Assembly (NCBI GenBank): GCA_014380065.1
Contig: JACMKO010000015.1
Span: 1-62,612 of the forward strand
DNA length: 62,612 nt
Direction: 5' to 3'
From: Leptolyngbya sp. ES-bin-22
GTDB lineage: Bacteria; Cyanobacteriota; Cyanobacteriia; Leptolyngbyales; Leptolyngbyaceae
Each line of letters begins with the position of its first letter. The first letter of the stretch is position 1. The notes below the pieces were generated by a model. The model did no database searches. It had not been told where the DNA came from and saw nothing but the letters and a program-made list of their open reading frames with translations. Below are positions 46,891 to 56,097 of the stretch, one piece after another. The position numbers and the translations under genes were made by a program.

Positions 46891-47811
46891 GTGCAACTGA
46901 AGCAGGTCATCATTGCTCACAAAGCTGGCGATTTAATGAGCCAGCGCTGGGCGGAAAAGTGTGCCAAGCAGTTAGAAAGCCTACACTGTCAGGTCTTGAT
47001 GGGACCAAGCGGACCGAAAGACAACCCTTATCCAGTCTTTCTTGCTTCTGTGGCGCACCCCATTGATCTGGCGATCGTGCTGGGTGGCGACGGTACAGCG
47101 CTAACGGCTGCCCGAAATTTAGCAGCCGACAACATTCCGATTTTGGCGGTGAATGTGGGTGGGCATCTGGGCTTTTTGACGGAGTCTTCAGATGACTTTG
47201 AACACTCTGAACAGGTGTGGGAGCGTCTGTTGGAGGATCGCTTTGCCGTACAGCAACGCATGATGCTGCAAGCGGGCATCTTTGAGGGCAGTCGTACGAA
47301 TCTAGAGCTTGTGAGCGATCGCTACCTGGCACTGAACGAGATGTGCATTAAGCCCGCGTCCGCCGATCGCATGATCACATCGATTTTGGAAATGGAAATC
47401 GATGGCGAAGTGGTTGATCAGTACCAGGGTGATGGCTTGATTGTGGCAACGCCGACGGGTTCGACCTGTTACACGGTAGCGGCAAATGGCCCTATTATTC
47501 ATCCAGGCATGGATGCGATCGCCGTCACGCCCATCTGTCCTCTGAGCCTATCGAGCCGCGCGATCGTGATACCACCTGGGTCAGTCGTCAGCATTTGGCC
47601 CCTGGCTGACCACGAGCTAAACACTAAACTCTGGATGGATGGCGTGCCGGCAACGTCGATTTGGCCCGGTCAACGCGTGGATATTCGTGCTGCGGACTGT
47701 CAGGCAAAATTTATTATTCTTCGGGAAGATTATTCTTACTACCAGACGCTACGGGAAAAGCTGCAATGGGCAGGTGCAAGAGTCCATTACAGCAACAACC
47801 ATCGGAACTAG
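46891..47811 (+). CDS. nadK: NAD(+) kinase
   Basis: LGGDGT, GGHLGFL, ALNE, GDGLIVATPTGSTCY..AANGP. Confidence 0.95.
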   Translation: MQLKQVIIAHKAGDLMSQRWAEKCAKQLESLHCQVLMGPSGPKDNPYPVFLASVAHPIDLAIVLGGDGTALTAARNLAADNIPILAVNVGGHLGFLTESSDDFEHSEQVWERLLEDRFAVQQRMMLQAGIFEGSRTNLELVSDRYLALNEMCIKPASADRMITSILEMEIDGEVVDQYQGDGLIVATPTGSTCYTVAANGPIIHPGMDAIAVTPICPLSLSSRAIVIPPGSVVSIWPLADHELNTKLWMDGVPATSIWPGQRVDIRAADCQAKFIILREDYSYYQTLREKLQWAGARVHYSNNHRN

Positions 47812-48761
47812 ACGCAGCCTACTAAGGTCTCATCGTTCCATTCCAGCGTGTCACCCACCTCTTCGCCGTTATGGTAAGCGGCAAGAAGGACTTCGCTGGT
47901 TTTGCCCCAGGCGATCGACCCAGTGGCATCCAGCCCGATCGCGCCCAGATCGCGTTGATGCTGGTGTGACTCTCGGAACGAGCGTTCAAAGGCGGCAACA
48001 AGCGGCTGCCCGTCGTCCACCCGCACCACAATGCGAGCCGCCAAGCACTCGTCAATGATGTCTTCGCCAATGCCGGTACAGCTTACGGCAGCATGAGCAG
48101 TGGCATAGTTGCCAGCAGGCATAGCAGAGTCACTGACACGACCGATGCGTTCAAACCCCTTGCCACCCGTGGAGGTGCCAACTGCAATGCGTCCTTGACC
48201 GTCTAGAACAACCACCCCGATCGTGCCGCGTCCAGCCGGATCGTCAACCAATTCTCGCTCGGCAACCACGCCTGCCATCTCCCTAGAAAAATTCCCCTGA
48301 CGTTCTTGTATCCACTCCTGTAAGCGGATCTCTGTGAGAGGATCGTAGGCGGGTAGCTCCAGTTCGCGCAGCAGTTCAGCGGCTCCAATATCCGAGAGGA
48401 CGCGATCGTGCGAAGCCTGCAACGCTCTGGCTAAGTTGATGGGGTTCTGCACCCGCGAAACGTTGATCACACCGCTAAAGCGCTGACTGGCTCCATCCAT
48501 GAGAGCAGCACTCATGCGAATCTGCCCATCCGACTGCAAAACAGAGCCAGTGCCAGCATTAAAGCGGGGATCATCCTCCAGCATTTGACAGCCATGAATC
48601 ACGGCGACTTGAGCCTCTGCCCCCGCCAGTAGTAACGCATAGACTTCATCGATAACGCGGTAGAGAGACTTGCGCACAGACTCAACGCCGCCCTTTCCTT
48701 TCAAGGAGCTTCCGGCTCCACCGTGAATAATTAGTTTGGGCTGCACCCGTTCTGCTGGCAT
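47808..48761 (-). CDS. iaaA: Isoaspartyl peptidase/L-asparaginase (Ntn hydrolase)
   Basis: IIHGGAG, LEDDPRFNAGTGS, GTIGVV (nucleophile Thr), TSTGG, GRVSDS, SCTGIGE. Confidence 0.92.
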   Translation of the reverse strand: MPAERVQPKLIIHGGAGSSLKGKGGVESVRKSLYRVIDEVYALLLAGAEAQVAVIHGCQMLEDDPRFNAGTGSVLQSDGQIRMSAALMDGASQRFSGVINVSRVQNPINLARALQASHDRVLSDIGAAELLRELELPAYDPLTEIRLQEWIQERQGNFSREMAGVVAERELVDDPAGRGTIGVVVLDGQGRIAVGTSTGGKGFERIGRVSDSAMPAGNYATAHAAVSCTGIGEDIIDECLAARIVVRVDDGQPLVAAFERSFRESHQHQRDLGAIGLDATGSIAWGKTSEVLLAAYHNGEEVGDTLEWNDETLVGCV

Positions 48762-48856
48762 GACTGAAACCTCTGTGCTCTAAATGTTGTTAGTCGTTGG
48801 TTGTTAGTTGTTGGAGGCAGAGAGGTTGTACAACTAAGAGACCTTAGCCTCCCTAA

Positions 48857-48954
48857 GGAACAAGAATTTAATCACCTCGGCGTTTTCCGTAGGGGCGCAC
48901 AGCCGTGCGCCCCTACCTACGAACAATTTGTTGGTTTTATTTAATCCACGATCC
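48857..48954. mobile_element. 98-bp MITE-like element, copy 2 (inverted relative to copy 1)
   Basis: TAA at 48854-48856 and 48955-48957. The reverse complement differs from 22442-22539 at only 4 positions, 2 of them in the hairpin loop. Hairpin at 48889-48916. Confidence 0.85.
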
Positions 48955-49139
48955 TAAGCCAAAACGCTTGAGGAAACAAACTTAGCATTCCCTGTAGCTA
49001 AAGATGAAAAGGCTCCATGATGACAGCCTGCTCAAACCCTTCTCCAGCCCACTCCTTAAGCACTCTTCAAACACTATTAAGCAACAGTGAGAAGACATAA
49101 ACTGCTAATGGTTAACCACTAAAGACTTAAAACTAACCA

Positions 49140-49292
49140 CTAGCTACTCTGAGAACGGCGACGGCGGCAGCGTTCGGAGCAATATTTCACCTCATCCCAG
49201 CAATCTTCCCATTTTTTGCGCCAGGTGAAAGGTCGATCGCACACGGGACAGATCTTGGTCGGCAAATCAGCTTTGGAGCGAGCGCGTCCCAT
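49140..49292 (-). CDS. DUF2256 family small Cys-rich protein (50 aa; absent from the ORF track)
   Basis: Manual translation: MGRARSKADLPTKICPVCDRPFTWRKKWEDCWDEVKYCSERCRRRRSQSS*. Confidence 0.92.
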   Translation of the reverse strand: MGRARSKADLPTKICPVCDRPFTWRKKWEDCWDEVKYCSERCRRRRSQSS

Positions 49293-49447
49293 ATTGGTGA
49301 GGGGTGAGGAGTGAGGAGTGAGGGGTGTAGCTTGCTTCCGCTTCGCGGCGGGGTGAGGAAAGCAAACATTGGCGACTAGAGTTGTAAATTGGAGGTTGAG
49401 CTTTCTGCGTTTCTGTGTCGCTCACCTTCTTTCTACCTTCTAACATT

Positions 49448-50326
49448 ATGGCTGAGTCGGGATTGGCGAAGATCCGCATCGTTTTAGTTGAGCCTGCTGG
49501 GGCGCTGAATGTAGGCGCGATCGCTCGTGTGATGAAAAACATGGGCTTGCATCATCTAGTACTGGTAAACCCGAAGTGCGATCCCGTCGGGGAAGAGGCA
49601 CGGCTCATGGCGGTTCATGCGGCTGATGTGCTAGAGGCGGCTACAGTGGTTCCGACGCTTCCGGCGGCGCTGCGGGGCTGTCAGCGGGCGATCGCCACAA
49701 CTGCCCGACCCAGAGTTGCTACAGTGCTGGAGCCTCCTAGAACTGCCTTGCCGTGGTTACTCGCATCACCATCACAGGAAAACGGGGCGATCGTCTTTGG
49801 TCCTGAAGAGCGGGGGTTAAGTAATGAAGAACTCAACTATGCTCAAAGGTTTGTAGCGATTCCGTCTAACCCAGCTTATGCGTCCCTAAACCTGGCACAA
49901 GCGGTCGGCATTTGCTGCTACGAACTCTACCAATGGGAAAGGGAGCAGGAAGCAGACGGCAGGCGGCAGGCGGCGGAGGGGAAGCAGACAACAGACCCAT
50001 TAGCAGTTACCTCTCAACACTCAAATCGTTCTCCTACCACCGCTTCTCCTCTCCCCTCTCCCCTCTCCCCTCCCGCTTCCCTAGATGTTCTGGAAGGCTA
50101 TTACCAGCATTTAGAGGCAGTGTTGTTGGCGATCGGCTATCTTCATCCACACACTGCCGCTAGCCGAATGCAAAAGTTTCGGCGTTTGTTTAATCGGGCA
50201 CTACCATCCAGCGAAGACGTGACTATGCTTCGCGGTATTCTGAGCCAGGTTGAATGGGCAACTCAAACGTCCAGCGCCAGAACGACTGTCGTTAAAAAGG
50301 CGCAGGATCCAGCGAACGGTAGCTGA
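49448..50326 (+). CDS. trmJ: TrmJ/LasT family SPOUT RNA methyltransferase
   Basis: IRIVLVEP..ALNVGAIARVMKNMG, IATTAR, VFGPEERGLSNEEL, YASLNLAQAV; low-complexity insertion before the C-terminal helices. Confidence 0.9.
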   Translation: MAESGLAKIRIVLVEPAGALNVGAIARVMKNMGLHHLVLVNPKCDPVGEEARLMAVHAADVLEAATVVPTLPAALRGCQRAIATTARPRVATVLEPPRTALPWLLASPSQENGAIVFGPEERGLSNEELNYAQRFVAIPSNPAYASLNLAQAVGICCYELYQWEREQEADGRRQAAEGKQTTDPLAVTSQHSNRSPTTASPLPSPLSPPASLDVLEGYYQHLEAVLLAIGYLHPHTAASRMQKFRRLFNRALPSSEDVTMLRGILSQVEWATQTSSARTTVVKKAQDPANGS

Positions 50327-50548
50327 AAGAGAACGGCACGCTTGTTTAGAGATTTATACTGACAGCTAAAAAAACCTCAGTTTTTTGGGAATGCTTAGTC
50401 TACAATTCTGATAGCTTTAAGGCTTGCGTAAGCAATTGGTCGCCGTTTGCTGTGAGCTTAGTTTACGCCCAATGCCAGAGCGTGTATAAATTGTGAGTGC
50501 GGCTACGTAGGTGTTGCTTTTCTACCTCAGCTTTCGTTGGAGTGTACT

Positions 50549-52492
50549 ATGTCAGAACCAGGCGGTCTGCCACGCAGGTCACGCAGTCACAACTCATCAA
50601 CCTCCACTCGGATTCCTGGTTCGGGTCGGGTGCTGCGTGGCTACTCAAGCCCTGATCGGCAGCCGCCCTCGGCTCAACACTGGTTAGGATCTGCCCAGCA
50701 GTCTGGCATGAGAGACGCAGCTCTAGCACCTGGCGGCGATTCTAGTGAGACGGCAAAGCGGCAGCGCATTACGCTCTGGCAAATTTTATTTGGCAAGGGA
50801 AATAAGCGCACGGCTCGACGATCGGCGCTACAGCAGGCGAAGCAAAAGGACTTTAAAGCAGCGAATGGTGCTCCGCCGCGTCACTTTTTGCAGCGGCTAA
50901 CGGGCAGTCCTAAGCAAGCATCAAGCGATCAAACTGCCTCAAAACTGGCTGAGAATCAGGTGCGTCAGGCAGTTTACGGGCGGTCGCGTCAATTGAACGG
51001 GCGCTCACCTGCTGCCAATGCCAGCGCTGCCCATCCGAAGGGACTGTCAACCCGACAGAAGCAGATTTCTCGTGACGGAACGCACCCCTCTCTACCGAAA
51101 GACTCTGCTTCACGTGCCATTCCGGCGTTTCAGTCTTTAGCTCAGGCTGACGGGCGGGAGCGGGCGAAGGCACTGACATTGAAGCGAGAAGCGCGGGAGC
51201 GATCGCACCGGGGTGCCTCGATGAGCCGAAACCACGGTTTAGACGCTTCTGAGCGGACACAAGCAGTTGAGCGACTAAAGGCACGCCCCAACGCCTCAAC
51301 GTCCAGGCAGCAAACATCCCAGCCGCGATCGCGCAGTCTTTCAGCGGGAATTTATGCTGCTCGGATGTTAATCCTGAGCGTTGGCATCGGCGTTTTAGTC
51401 GGCACGATGCTGTCAATGCTAGATCCTGCGGCTCGATCGTCCGCAGGAGCATCACAACAGGCGACGAAGAAGGCTGATGCGACTGAAAGCACAAAGGCAA
51501 CCCAGGCAACCGCCATTTCGCAGAGCGGTCTCCCTATAGAAAGTGCTTCAGCCGTACAAATGCCCACAATGGGGCAGGAGTTAACGTCACTCAAGGCAGC
51601 CCTTCAAACCCTTGCCTTGCAGAATCCTCAGCTTACGCCAGGAATTTTTCTGTTTGACCTTGATACCAGTTCTTATCTAGACCTCAACGGTGGTGCTTCT
51701 TTTGCTGCTGCCAGTACGATTAAAGTACCGATTTTGATCGCCTTTTTTCAGGATGTTGATGCGGGCAAAATTCGCCTGGACGAACCGCTAACCATCCAGA
51801 AAGAGTTGGTGGGAGGTGGATCGGGCGAAATGCAGGGTTTCCCCATTGGTACGCAGTTCACGGCGCTGGAAACGGTAACCAAAATGATTACCATTAGCGA
51901 CAACACCGCGACCAATATGGTGATTGCTCGACTGGGCGGCATGGCAGCTCTAGACCAACGGTTTCGCTCCTGGGGATTGGTTGCGACAGCCGTTAATAAT
52001 CTGCTGCCTGACTTGAGTGGAACGAATACGACCAGCCCCAAAGATATGGCTCTTCTGATGACGCGTATTAGTCAGGGAGAGCTTGTCTCCATGCGATCGC
52101 GCGATCGCGTGTTAGACATCATGCAGCGTACGGTAAACCGGAGCCAACTGCCTCAAGGCCTGGGCAAGGGGGCAACCATTGCTCACAAGACAGGCGACAT
52201 TGGTGGACTGATTGGGGATGTCGGCTTGATCGATATGCCCAGTGGCAAACGCTATGCTCTTACCGTGCTGGTCAAGCGATCGTTCAACGACGATGAGGCG
52301 TACGATTTAGTGCAAAAAGTGTCCCGCACTGTTTATCAATACCTCAACCGCGTTCCAACCGCACAAAGTTACCCAGGTTCAAGCCCTGCAACACCTGCTG
52401 AGCAGTCACGACCTAGAGCTGGCAACGATGTTTCTGCTAATGCTGGCTCCATTAGTATGCCAACGGCGACAGCCATCACTCAAGCTCCATAG
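50549..52492 (+). CDS. Class A beta-lactamase-like serine hydrolase (cyanobacterial PBP-A type) with long basic N-terminal extension and one TM
   Basis: FAAASTIK (SxxK), MITISDN, AHKTG; omega-loop region NNLLPDLSG lacks the Glu166 motif; TM MLILSVGIGVLVGTML. Confidence 0.9.
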   Translation: MSEPGGLPRRSRSHNSSTSTRIPGSGRVLRGYSSPDRQPPSAQHWLGSAQQSGMRDAALAPGGDSSETAKRQRITLWQILFGKGNKRTARRSALQQAKQKDFKAANGAPPRHFLQRLTGSPKQASSDQTASKLAENQVRQAVYGRSRQLNGRSPAANASAAHPKGLSTRQKQISRDGTHPSLPKDSASRAIPAFQSLAQADGRERAKALTLKREARERSHRGASMSRNHGLDASERTQAVERLKARPNASTSRQQTSQPRSRSLSAGIYAARMLILSVGIGVLVGTMLSMLDPAARSSAGASQQATKKADATESTKATQATAISQSGLPIESASAVQMPTMGQELTSLKAALQTLALQNPQLTPGIFLFDLDTSSYLDLNGGASFAAASTIKVPILIAFFQDVDAGKIRLDEPLTIQKELVGGGSGEMQGFPIGTQFTALETVTKMITISDNTATNMVIARLGGMAALDQRFRSWGLVATAVNNLLPDLSGTNTTSPKDMALLMTRISQGELVSMRSRDRVLDIMQRTVNRSQLPQGLGKGATIAHKTGDIGGLIGDVGLIDMPSGKRYALTVLVKRSFNDDEAYDLVQKVSRTVYQYLNRVPTAQSYPGSSPATPAEQSRPRAGNDVSANAGSISMPTATAITQAP

Positions 52493-52651
52493 CTTGCTGC
52501 GGCTGAGCGGTAAGGGGAAAACAACCAAAGCGTTGATTACACCACTCACGATCGATTGCTGCTCTGCACCTTGCTTCAAGACTGTGTCCGAAGGTGCCGG
52601 CAATACGGTTGCTAAGATTGAGTCGGGAATTAACAACAGAGAGCAACTCGC

Positions 52652-53014
52652 TTGTCCAAAACCACGCTTACCGATACCTGCCAAGTTCGCTGTTTTAACG
52701 CAAACCTCGTGTCTCAAGTGCGTGACGCGCTTCCTGATGACGAGGTGCTTGAAAGCGCTGAGATCCTTTTTGCTGCCCTCGCAGACAAATCCAGGCTGAA
52801 GATTCTTCACGCCCTTAAAGAGACGCACGAACTCTGCGTATGTGATGTCGCGGCTGTCTTGGGTGTGCAAACAGCAGCAGCCTCTCATCATCTGCGGAAG
52901 CTGCGCGATCTGAAACTCCTGAAATACAGGAATGACGGCAAGTTAGTCTACTATTCCCTGCGAGACCAGTCGGTCAGTCAAGTCTTGAACCATGTGTTTG
53001 CGACAGATGGTTAG
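52652..53014 (+). CDS. ArsR/SmtB metalloregulator, CadC type
   Basis: N-terminal TCQVRCF, LFAALAD.SRLKIL, ELCVCDVA, ASHHLRKL, GKLVYYSL. Confidence 0.92.
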   Translation: MSKTTLTDTCQVRCFNANLVSQVRDALPDDEVLESAEILFAALADKSRLKILHALKETHELCVCDVAAVLGVQTAAASHHLRKLRDLKLLKYRNDGKLVYYSLRDQSVSQVLNHVFATDG

Positions 53015-53041
53015 GCTAAGAATCTGATTTTTTGCTTTCTC

Positions 53042-53066
53042 ATTCAAACACTCATTTGAATATAAT
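53042..53066 (+). promoter_or_regulatory. SmtB/CadC-type operator abutting a -10 box
   Basis: ATTCAAA-CACTCA-TTTGAAT inverted repeat (53042-53061) running into TATAAT (53061-53066), upstream of the CDF gene. Confidence 0.75.
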
Positions 53067-53098
53067 AATGATTAAGTATTTTTTGGGGAGGCAGGCTG

Positions 53099-53716
53099 AT
53101 GTCTGACCACTGCTGTCAAAAGAAATCACAGGCACTAGAAACGCTAAGTAAGCGGCAAAGTAAAGTTTTGTGGACTGTGCTTGGCATCAATGCTGTGATG
53201 TTTGCTGTCGAATTGACTTCAGGGCTTTGGTCACACTCACTTGCACTCACGGGTGACTCGCTTGACATGTTGGGTGATGCGATCGCCTACGCTAGCAGCC
53301 TCTATGTCATCAACATGGGGAGCAAAGCTCATGCCCAATCTGCCTTGCTCAAAGGGGGCATTATGTTTTTGTCCGCGATTGCTGTCTTTGCCAGGGCGGT
53401 CTATCAAATCACCCTCAGCACACCACCAGCACTCAACGTGATGAGTAGCGTTGGTTTTGCTGCTCTCTGCGCCAATTTGCTCTGCCTGTATCTCCTCACA
53501 CGACACCGCAAAGACAACATCAATATGTCTTCTGTATGGCTCTGCTCTCGCAACGACATCATTGCCAATACGTCTGTTTTGGGTGCAGCCGGTCTGGTTT
53601 ATCTCACAGGTTCGCCACTGCCCGACCTTCTGGTTGGCATTCTGCTTGCCTTTGTGTTTGCGCAATCGGCAGGCTCAGTGCTCTCTCAAGCATGGCGACA
53701 GTTGAAGCAGGCATAA
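53099..53716 (+). CDS. Cation diffusion facilitator lacking the C-terminal cytoplasmic domain
   Basis: 205 aa; MSDHCC, SLALTGDSLDMLGD, INMSSVWLCSRNDIIAN, PDLLVG; ends after the last TM. Confidence 0.9.
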   Translation: MSDHCCQKKSQALETLSKRQSKVLWTVLGINAVMFAVELTSGLWSHSLALTGDSLDMLGDAIAYASSLYVINMGSKAHAQSALLKGGIMFLSAIAVFARAVYQITLSTPPALNVMSSVGFAALCANLLCLYLLTRHRKDNINMSSVWLCSRNDIIANTSVLGAAGLVYLTGSPLPDLLVGILLAFVFAQSAGSVLSQAWRQLKQA

Positions 53717-53777
53717 GTGACCGATGGGTGATCGAAGTTCCGCTCTGCCTAGAAGCTTAAAAGAGGCAATGCTGTAT

Positions 53778-54887
53778 CTAACCAACCGTAAGGCTGATGT
53801 CGATCGGCTCCATCTGCAATGTCTCCATCTGCAATGCGTCTGCCTGTAATGTCTCTGCCTGCAATGCGTCTGCCTGCAATGCGTCTGCCTGTAAGGCATC
53901 AAGCGACTGCCAGACTTGGTTTAGCAGTGGTTCTAACCCTGTACGAGCAACGGCTGAGATCTGAAAAACGGGCACCTGAGTGAGTTCATGCAGTTGAGCA
54001 GCAAGCTCGTTCACGGCTTCAAGGTCTTGACTCATCGCATCAAGTTTGCTGAGCGCTAGAAACTGAGGACGATCGGTTAAGCCGCGCCCATAGGCGTGCA
54101 GTTCCTGTTGAATCGTGTGATAGTCGGCGATCGGATCAGGACTCGTCACATCAATGAGATGCAGGAGAAGACGGGTGCGCTCAACGTGGCGCAAAAAGTC
54201 ATGCCCTAGCCCTGTGCCCATGTGTGCGCCTTCAATCAGTCCTGGAATATCAGCAAAGACGGTGCCATCGCCCGTTGGCTTACGCACCACACCTAAATTG
54301 GGTACCAGGGTCGTGAAGGGATAGTCGGCAATCTTCGGTCTTGCAGACGAAAGCGCCGCAATCAACGTTGATTTGCCCGCGTTCGGCAGACCAATGATGC
54401 CAACTTCTGCCAAAAGCTTGAGTTCCATCCGCAGGGAACGGGTTTCTCCGGGCATTCCAGGTAAGGCTCGTTCAGGCGCACGGTTGCGGTTGCTGAGGAA
54501 GTGCTGGTTGCCTAACCCACCTTTGCCACCTTTAGCCACGCAAAACGTTTGATTCGGGTCTACAAGATCGCTGAGCAACTCACCCGTTTCAGCATCGTAA
54601 ACCATCGTGCCACAAGGAACGTCAATGGTGCGATCGTGCCCTGATGCACCTGAGCGGTTGTTTGGTCCGCCTCGCTGCCCATCGTCTGCTTTGAACAGAT
54701 GGTTGTAGCGGAAATCCAGCAGCGTTTGCAAGTTCTCTACCGCACGGAAAAGCACCGAGCCACCCCGTCCCCCATTACCACCAGAGGGACCACCAGCCGG
54801 TACGTACTTCTCCCGCCGAAAGGCAACTAGCCCATCGCCCCCGTTACCCGCCTGTACATGAACGTCCGCCTGATCGATAAATTGCAT
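53778..54887 (-). CDS. obgE: GTPase ObgE/CgtA with C-terminal pentapeptide repeat tail
   Basis: [46 protein letters not shown]; tail [31 protein letters not shown]. Confidence 0.97.
   Translation of the reverse strand: MQFIDQADVHVQAGNGGDGLVAFRREKYVPAGGPSGGNGGRGGSVLFRAVENLQTLLDFRYNHLFKADDGQRGGPNNRSGASGHDRTIDVPCGTMVYDAETGELLSDLVDPNQTFCVAKGGKGGLGNQHFLSNRNRAPERALPGMPGETRSLRMELKLLAEVGIIGLPNAGKSTLIAALSSARPKIADYPFTTLVPNLGVVRKPTGDGTVFADIPGLIEGAHMGTGLGHDFLRHVERTRLLLHLIDVTSPDPIADYHTIQQELHAYGRGLTDRPQFLALSKLDAMSQDLEAVNELAAQLHELTQVPVFQISAVARTGLEPLLNQVWQSLDALQADALQADALQAETLQADALQMETLQMEPIDISLTVG
53806..53900. repeat. About 6 degenerate 15-bp tandem repeats in the obgE 3' end
   Basis: Units such as GTCTGCCTGCAATGC, GTCTGCCTGTAATGT and CTCCATCTGCAATGT on the + strand. 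Confidence 0.85.
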
Positions 54888-55110
54888 GGCACGAAATTAA
54901 CGCCTTCACTCTTCATCATAGGCAATTGCGGGGAATGCTATCGGTAATACTTCGTTTACCTTCTACGCTCTTGCTTCACACTCCCCAGGCTCGCCGCGAT
55001 CGTGAGGTTCTTGTAAAGCATCCGCAATGCTGGGAAACAATTTGTAGATCACGTTGCGCCTCCATCGATCGACTCCGCCTCAACCTACACTGCCTGCAGG
55101 AGATTCACCA

Positions 55111-55788
55111 ATGAACTACTTTTCTACCGTTATTTCGCTACTGCGCGATCGCAAAGATTTTTTGACGGAAATCTACGACGGCATCGGACTGAAAAGTAAA
55201 ATGACGGCGCTGCTCATTTCTAGCTCATGTTTCTTTGCAGTCTATGGAGCCATTATTGGTGCTTTTCATAGTTTGCCTCAAGTCGCGTCTTCAGCCATCA
55301 AATTACCCGCTTTATACCTGTTAACACTCATCATTTGCTTGCCAACGCTTTATATCTTTAATGCACTCTTTGGGTCTAAGCAAACGATCGGACAGCATTT
55401 CACCTATTTACTCACCGCCGTTTCAGTTATTGCCATTTTGTTGTGTGGCTTTGCTCCAGTGACGCTCTTTTTCTTGATTACTGTTAACGACTACGCCTTC
55501 TTTTTGCTGCTCAACGTGGCTATTTTTGCGCTAACAGGCGTACTGGGTGTCTCGTTTCTCTATCAGGTCATGAAGCCGATCGATGAAGATGGTAGTGTGA
55601 GTCAAAGCGTTAAAGTACGTAAAAATATTTTACGGTTTTGGTTAATACTCTATGGCTTTGTGGGCAGTCAGCTTGGGTGGACGCTACGTCCTTTCTTCGG
55701 TTCTCCAGGACAGTTTGAGCTTTTTCGCGCTAGAGAGGGAAGCTTCTTTTCAGGTGTTTGGAACGCTTTGATGAGCCTTTTGAATTGA
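55111..55788 (+). CDS. Conserved hypothetical membrane protein
   Basis: ATG 55111 with AGGAG SD; about 5 TMs; SAIKLPALYL, ICLPTLY, YGFVGSQLGWTLRPFFG motifs. Confidence 0.8.
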   Translation: MNYFSTVISLLRDRKDFLTEIYDGIGLKSKMTALLISSSCFFAVYGAIIGAFHSLPQVASSAIKLPALYLLTLIICLPTLYIFNALFGSKQTIGQHFTYLLTAVSVIAILLCGFAPVTLFFLITVNDYAFFLLLNVAIFALTGVLGVSFLYQVMKPIDEDGSVSQSVKVRKNILRFWLILYGFVGSQLGWTLRPFFGSPGQFELFRAREGSFFSGVWNALMSLLN

Positions 55789-55908
55789 TCTTACTAGCGT
55801 TGACTTCAGTTGTTGATTGAATCTAATCGGTCAGTTTCCAGTAGTTAGAGAATGTCGTCTTTTAGCCTTCAATCTACGTTTAGTATCGCCGGAATGTTTG
55901 CAAGCTAA

Positions 55909-56051
55909 TACCAATTCTTTTTGAAGATGCATAGAATCATAAATTGTAGGTTGGGTTGAACAGCGTGAAACCCAACGCCAGCATCAGCTCTGTTGGGTTT
56001 CGATAGACTCAAACCAACCTACAGTTCTTGCAGATTCATACGAAATTGGTA
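55909..56051. mobile_element. 143-bp MITE-like element with TAA flanks enclosing a REPIN-like inverted pair
   Basis: TAA at 55906-55908 and 56052-56054; TIR TACCAATTCTTTTTGAAGATGCA / TGCAGATTCATACGAAATTGGTA; internal GTAGGTTGGGTTGA..GAAACCCAAC ... GTTGGGTTTC..TCAAACCAACCTAC. Confidence 0.8.
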
Positions 56052-56097
56052 TAACTTCTAGAACTGCTCGTTGAATGCATACCTAATACCTAACAAG

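Noticed and set aside
50549-52492. Antibiotic-resistance beta-lactamase
   Set aside because: It lacks the Glu166 omega-loop motif and is membrane-anchored, consistent with the PBP-A family.
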